A stretch of DNA of 64,000 nucleotides from an uncultured virus (IMG/VR IMGVR_UViG_651053023_000007) (Duplodnaviria; Heunggongvirae; Uroviricota; Caudoviricetes): the IMG/VR virus record IMGVR_UViG_651053023_000007. One strand, written 5' to 3'. The position numbers were made by a program, and so were the translations under genes. The first letter of the stretch is position 1; the number at the start of each line of letters is the position of its first letter. Of the stretch, positions 60,721 through 64,000 are shown in pieces. The notes under the pieces are model-generated. The model saw nothing but the letters and a program-made list of their open reading frames with translations. It ran no database searches and was not told where the DNA came from.

Positions 60721-62196
60721 ATGTCCGGATTACATGGTGTTGAAACCATTGAACTGACGACAGGCACGGTTGCCGTGCAAACCATCTCCACGGCAGTGAT
60801 TGGCCTGGTGGGGACAGCGCCGGACGCCTCTGGTGGTGTGTGCGCTTCCGGCACAGCCGGTTCCTGGCTGCTGGGAACGGCGCTGGATTTCACGGCGAAA
60901 CAGGAAGGTCGGGTCGGTAATAAGATTTCGGTTGTTGCCGTGGCTGCCACGGAACAAAACGCGCAGACAGTGGCCTCGCTGAAAGGTACGACCCTGACGA
61001 TAACACTGGGGACGGACGAACACAGCCAGGTTAACGCCACGGTGGATTGTGTGACTGAAGTGGTGAATGCGCTGGGGGATTCGCCTGTGACGGCGGCTGC
61101 CAGCACCCTGAATGCAGGAGGCGCTGAAAATAAAGTGGTGTCGCCGTTCAGCCTGACGTTATCCGGCGGGGAAGATGAGGCGTTCCCGGTCAACACACCG
61201 GTGGTGGTGGCAGGGGCCATTACTCAGGCGGGGAAACTGGGCACAGCCGGAACATTATACCCGGCCCTGCGTGATATTTTTGACCAGACTGGTGCGCTGG
61301 TGATTGTGGTGCGCGCAGAAAGTAAAGCAAAGGCGAAAGAGGCCGAACAGCGTGCGGCGGTGATTCAGGCCATGGAGGCGCTGACAGAAAGTAAGGGCGT
61401 GACAGGCTATCAACCGCGCATCCTCATTGCCACGGGGTACAGTGAGGATGATGGCGTGGCAAAGGCGCTGGAAACGTATGCCGCGAAGTTGCGGGCTGTG
61501 GCCTATATTGACTCGCCCTCAATGGCAACGCCGCAGGATGTGGTTCAGCGGCGCGCGTCATTTGGCGGACGTGTGGAGCTGCTGCGTCCGCGCGTGTCAG
61601 TGACGGATGACAGCGGGCAAACGGTATTTCGTCCATATTCGGCTCGTGCTGCCGGGCTGCGTGCCCGTATTGATTATGAAAAAGGGTGGTGGTGGTCCAA
61701 ATCAAACCAGGACGTGATGAATATCACCGGTCTGGAGCAGGTGGATACGTTTATTCTCGGGGAGCAGAACTGCACGGCAAACCTGCTGAACATGGAAAAT
61801 ATCTCCACCATTATTCGCCATGACGGTTTTAAACACTGGGGTAACCGTCTGTGCACATCCCACAGTCAGTGGCGCTTTGAACCGGTACGTCGCACTGCAG
61901 ATGTGATTGAGGACAGTATCCAGGAGGCCATGTTGCCTTATGTCGATCGCCCGCTTGATCGGGATGTGGCAGACGACATTCTTGGCAGCATTAATGCCTA
62001 TATGCGTCAGCTTAAAAATCTGGGTGCGATCCACGGTGGCAGCGCCTGGCTGAATGATGAACTGAATACAGCAGAAACCCTGGCGGCAGGGCAGTTGTAT
62101 ATCGATTATGACTTTGGGCCGAAGTCACCACTGGAGCGCCTGACACTGCGGGCAATGATTAACAATAAACTGGCGCTGGAGGAACTGACGGTATGA
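60721..62196 (+). CDS. Tail sheath, P2 FI-like
   Basis: LHGVE, STAVIGLVGTA, WGNR. Confidence 0.93.
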   Translation: MSGLHGVETIELTTGTVAVQTISTAVIGLVGTAPDASGGVCASGTAGSWLLGTALDFTAKQEGRVGNKISVVAVAATEQNAQTVASLKGTTLTITLGTDEHSQVNATVDCVTEVVNALGDSPVTAAASTLNAGGAENKVVSPFSLTLSGGEDEAFPVNTPVVVAGAITQAGKLGTAGTLYPALRDIFDQTGALVIVVRAESKAKAKEAEQRAAVIQAMEALTESKGVTGYQPRILIATGYSEDDGVAKALETYAAKLRAVAYIDSPSMATPQDVVQRRASFGGRVELLRPRVSVTDDSGQTVFRPYSARAAGLRARIDYEKGWWWSKSNQDVMNITGLEQVDTFILGEQNCTANLLNMENISTIIRHDGFKHWGNRLCTSHSQWRFEPVRRTADVIEDSIQEAMLPYVDRPLDRDVADDILGSINAYMRQLKNLGAIHGGSAWLNDELNTAETLAAGQLYIDYDFGPKSPLERLTLRAMINNKLALEELTV

Positions 62197-62711
62197 TTAC
62201 GGGTGAAAAAAAACTGTTGCGTGCATGGGCGTTATTTCTTCCTGGCGGGATCCGCCTTCAGGGTGCGCATGAATACACGCCGCCTGCCATTAATATCACG
62301 ACAGTGGATATCAAAACCGGCGCAATGGATGCACCGGTGGCAGTGGATGACGGCATGGAAGCGCTGACCTGTTCGTTTAAGATTTATGGTTATGATGTTG
62401 CCATGCTTACGCTGCTGGGATTGCAGGCCGGGCTTTATTCGCCGGAGATTGTTGTGCGCCAGGCTTATCGGGTGGGAAATGCGACCAGCGGACAGGTGGA
62501 AACCCTGCAGGGGATGATCACCAGTATCACGCCGGATGCACGTCCGGCAACATCACAGGCAGAGGCTTCGGTGACAGTGGAAATGTCACTGAGTTATTAC
62601 CGTCAGGCTGTCGATGGCCTGGAAACCATCTGCATTATTCCGGAGGAATTTGTACGTCGTATTAACGGCGTTAATGTTCTGTCGGATCTGAAAAAAATCA
62701 TCCGGGTTTAA
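62193..62711 (+). CDS. Tail tube, P2 FII-like
   Basis: YTPP, GAMDAPV, LSYY, INGV. Confidence 0.9.
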   Translation: MITGEKKLLRAWALFLPGGIRLQGAHEYTPPAINITTVDIKTGAMDAPVAVDDGMEALTCSFKIYGYDVAMLTLLGLQAGLYSPEIVVRQAYRVGNATSGQVETLQGMITSITPDARPATSQAEASVTVEMSLSYYRQAVDGLETICIIPEEFVRRINGVNVLSDLKKIIRV

Positions 62712-62763
62712 TCCGGGGATCTGCCATTCAGGCGGCTCAGGCCGCCTTTTCTTTTTTTAGGAG

Positions 62764-63072
62764 ATGCTTATGTCGGAAAAAAACAGTGTTCCTGCCAGCT
62801 GCGTGGAAATTGTGTTATCCGTGCCGTATGTCACCGCATCAGGACAGACGATCACGCACGTCACCATGCGTGCGCCCACCGTCCGCGATCGTCTGTTGCA
62901 TCGCCGGAGTACCAAACCGGAAGCAGAGGCTGATCTGGATATGATTGCCGGTCTGTGCGGGATGGACGCGGCAGACATGATGAACATGGAAGCGTGTGAT
63001 TACCTGGCCCTGGAGCGGCAGTTTAATGTTTTTTTGCTGCCGCCGGTCCGGCGGAAGAAGAAAACATCCTGA
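62764..63072 (+). CDS. Tail assembly chaperone, P2 gpE-like
   Basis: MRAPTVRD. Confidence 0.85.
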   Translation: MLMSEKNSVPASCVEIVLSVPYVTASGQTITHVTMRAPTVRDRLLHRRSTKPEAEADLDMIAGLCGMDAADMMNMEACDYLALERQFNVFLLPPVRRKKKTS

Positions 63073-63209
63073 TGGCGATACGGCGTGCCGGAGTATGGTT
63101 CGGGTGGTCACCCGGAGATGTGATGGCACTGCCGTATGAGGATTTTGTGGCAATAATGCTGGCAGAGGCGGAAGAGAGGAAGCAGTGTTATGGCAACGGT
63201 GGGCGATAA
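63029..63209 (+). other. Programmed -1 frameshift (T7G) into E'-like extension
   Basis: TTTTTTTG; -1 frame encodes FGWSPGDVMALP and stops at 63209. Confidence 0.8.
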
Positions 63210-64000
63210 CCTCAGAGCGAATATCCGGATCGGCGGCACTATTGACCCGTCGTGGAAAAAATCGACAGAGGGGCTGAAGCGAGGTCTGGCTGGTGCGACA
63301 CAGGAAGTGGCACGCCTGACGCGTCAGCAGGATGTACTGAAGCGAAAAATTCAGGCTGGCGTACTGGCAGGGCAGGATATTACCGATCTGCGAAAGCAGT
63401 ATGAAAAGCTGAAACGGAAAATCAATGATGCTGCAGCGGAGCAGGAGCGATTTAATCGCCAGCTTGAACGGGCAGAGCGCCTGGAACGCTGGAAAGGACG
63501 GGCAGGGACATTTCTTAAAACCGGACTCGGGCTCTCTGTTGGTTCCGGGCTGACGCTGGCAGCAGGTGCCAGCGCGGTACTGAACCGGAATTCGGAAACG
63601 GCAGAGCGGGCAGGGATAGCCCGGAGTTATGGGGTGGATTACGAAACCTATGCGGCGTGGGATTCACTGGGCCGTCAGATGGGGTTAAACGGCGAAAACA
63701 TTGGTGATCTGTTTGAGGAATACCGGAACAAGGTTTTTGACGATGATAATGGTGCCACGGACAAAGGAGCCATTCAGGAGGTATTCGGTAAACTGGGGCT
63801 GAAAGCGGGCGTAATGGCCGGAAAAAACAACCAGGAACAGGTCGAATTTTTGTTTGATCGCTTACTGCAGGTGGAGAATGAGCAGCAGGCGGCGGGGATG
63901 GCAGATGCGCTGTTTGGGGGGGAGGCCAATAAAATTCTGACCTGGATGCGTCTGTCAGGAAAAACCTTCCGGGAGCTTATCAGTGAGCAGAAACGCTATA
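63190..64000 (+). CDS. Tape measure protein, truncated by window end
   Basis: MATVGDNLRANIRIGGTIDPSW, open to the edge. Confidence 0.85.
   Translation, partial: MATVGDNLRANIRIGGTIDPSWKKSTEGLKRGLAGATQEVARLTRQQDVLKRKIQAGVLAGQDITDLRKQYEKLKRKINDAAAEQERFNRQLERAERLERWKGRAGTFLKTGLGLSVGSGLTLAAGASAVLNRNSETAERAGIARSYGVDYETYAAWDSLGRQMGLNGENIGDLFEEYRNKVFDDDNGATDKGAIQEVFGKLGLKAGVMAGKNNQEQVEFLFDRLLQVENEQQAAGMADALFGGEANKILTWMRLSGKTFRELISEQKRY

Noticed and set aside
63029..63209. Frameshift as a novelty
   Set aside because: Matches the known P2 E/E' mechanism

Overview
Enterobacterial DNA (probably Salmonella/Citrobacter/Escherichia-like; not provable here) made entirely of nested mobile elements. (1) 1-4976: right end of an integrative island (AlpA-like regulator, 534-aa orphan, GNAT-like protein, P4-type tyrosine integrase) whose att site is the 3' half of a tRNA-Ile(CAT) heading a phage-type tRNA cluster. 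(2) ~4930-21954 and 59041->64000: late region of a lambdoid prophage with tRNAs, lysis genes, a PmrG/Ais-like LPS phosphatase moron, two cos-like sites, a TerS::endolysin chimera suggesting fusion of two prophages, a lambda-type head (scaffold with 4 tandem repeats) and a P2-type contractile tail. (3) 21955-59040: an apparently complete 37,086-bp Mu-like transposable prophage (TG...CA ends, repeated TTCTGGAC end sites) inserted in that prophage's tail fibre gene; no gin/com/mom is recognisable and it has two fibre/chaperone pairs. Most notable non-coding signals: three spaced late-promoter motifs (two predicting leaderless mRNAs), a structured leader shared by both holins, a hairpin repeat bracketing an orphan gene, a tandem 22-bp operator, and an atypical tRNA with a TTT anticodon. 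Family assignments are by eye from recalled motifs and synteny; no database search was run. Several 1-bp G/C deletions may be sequencing errors.
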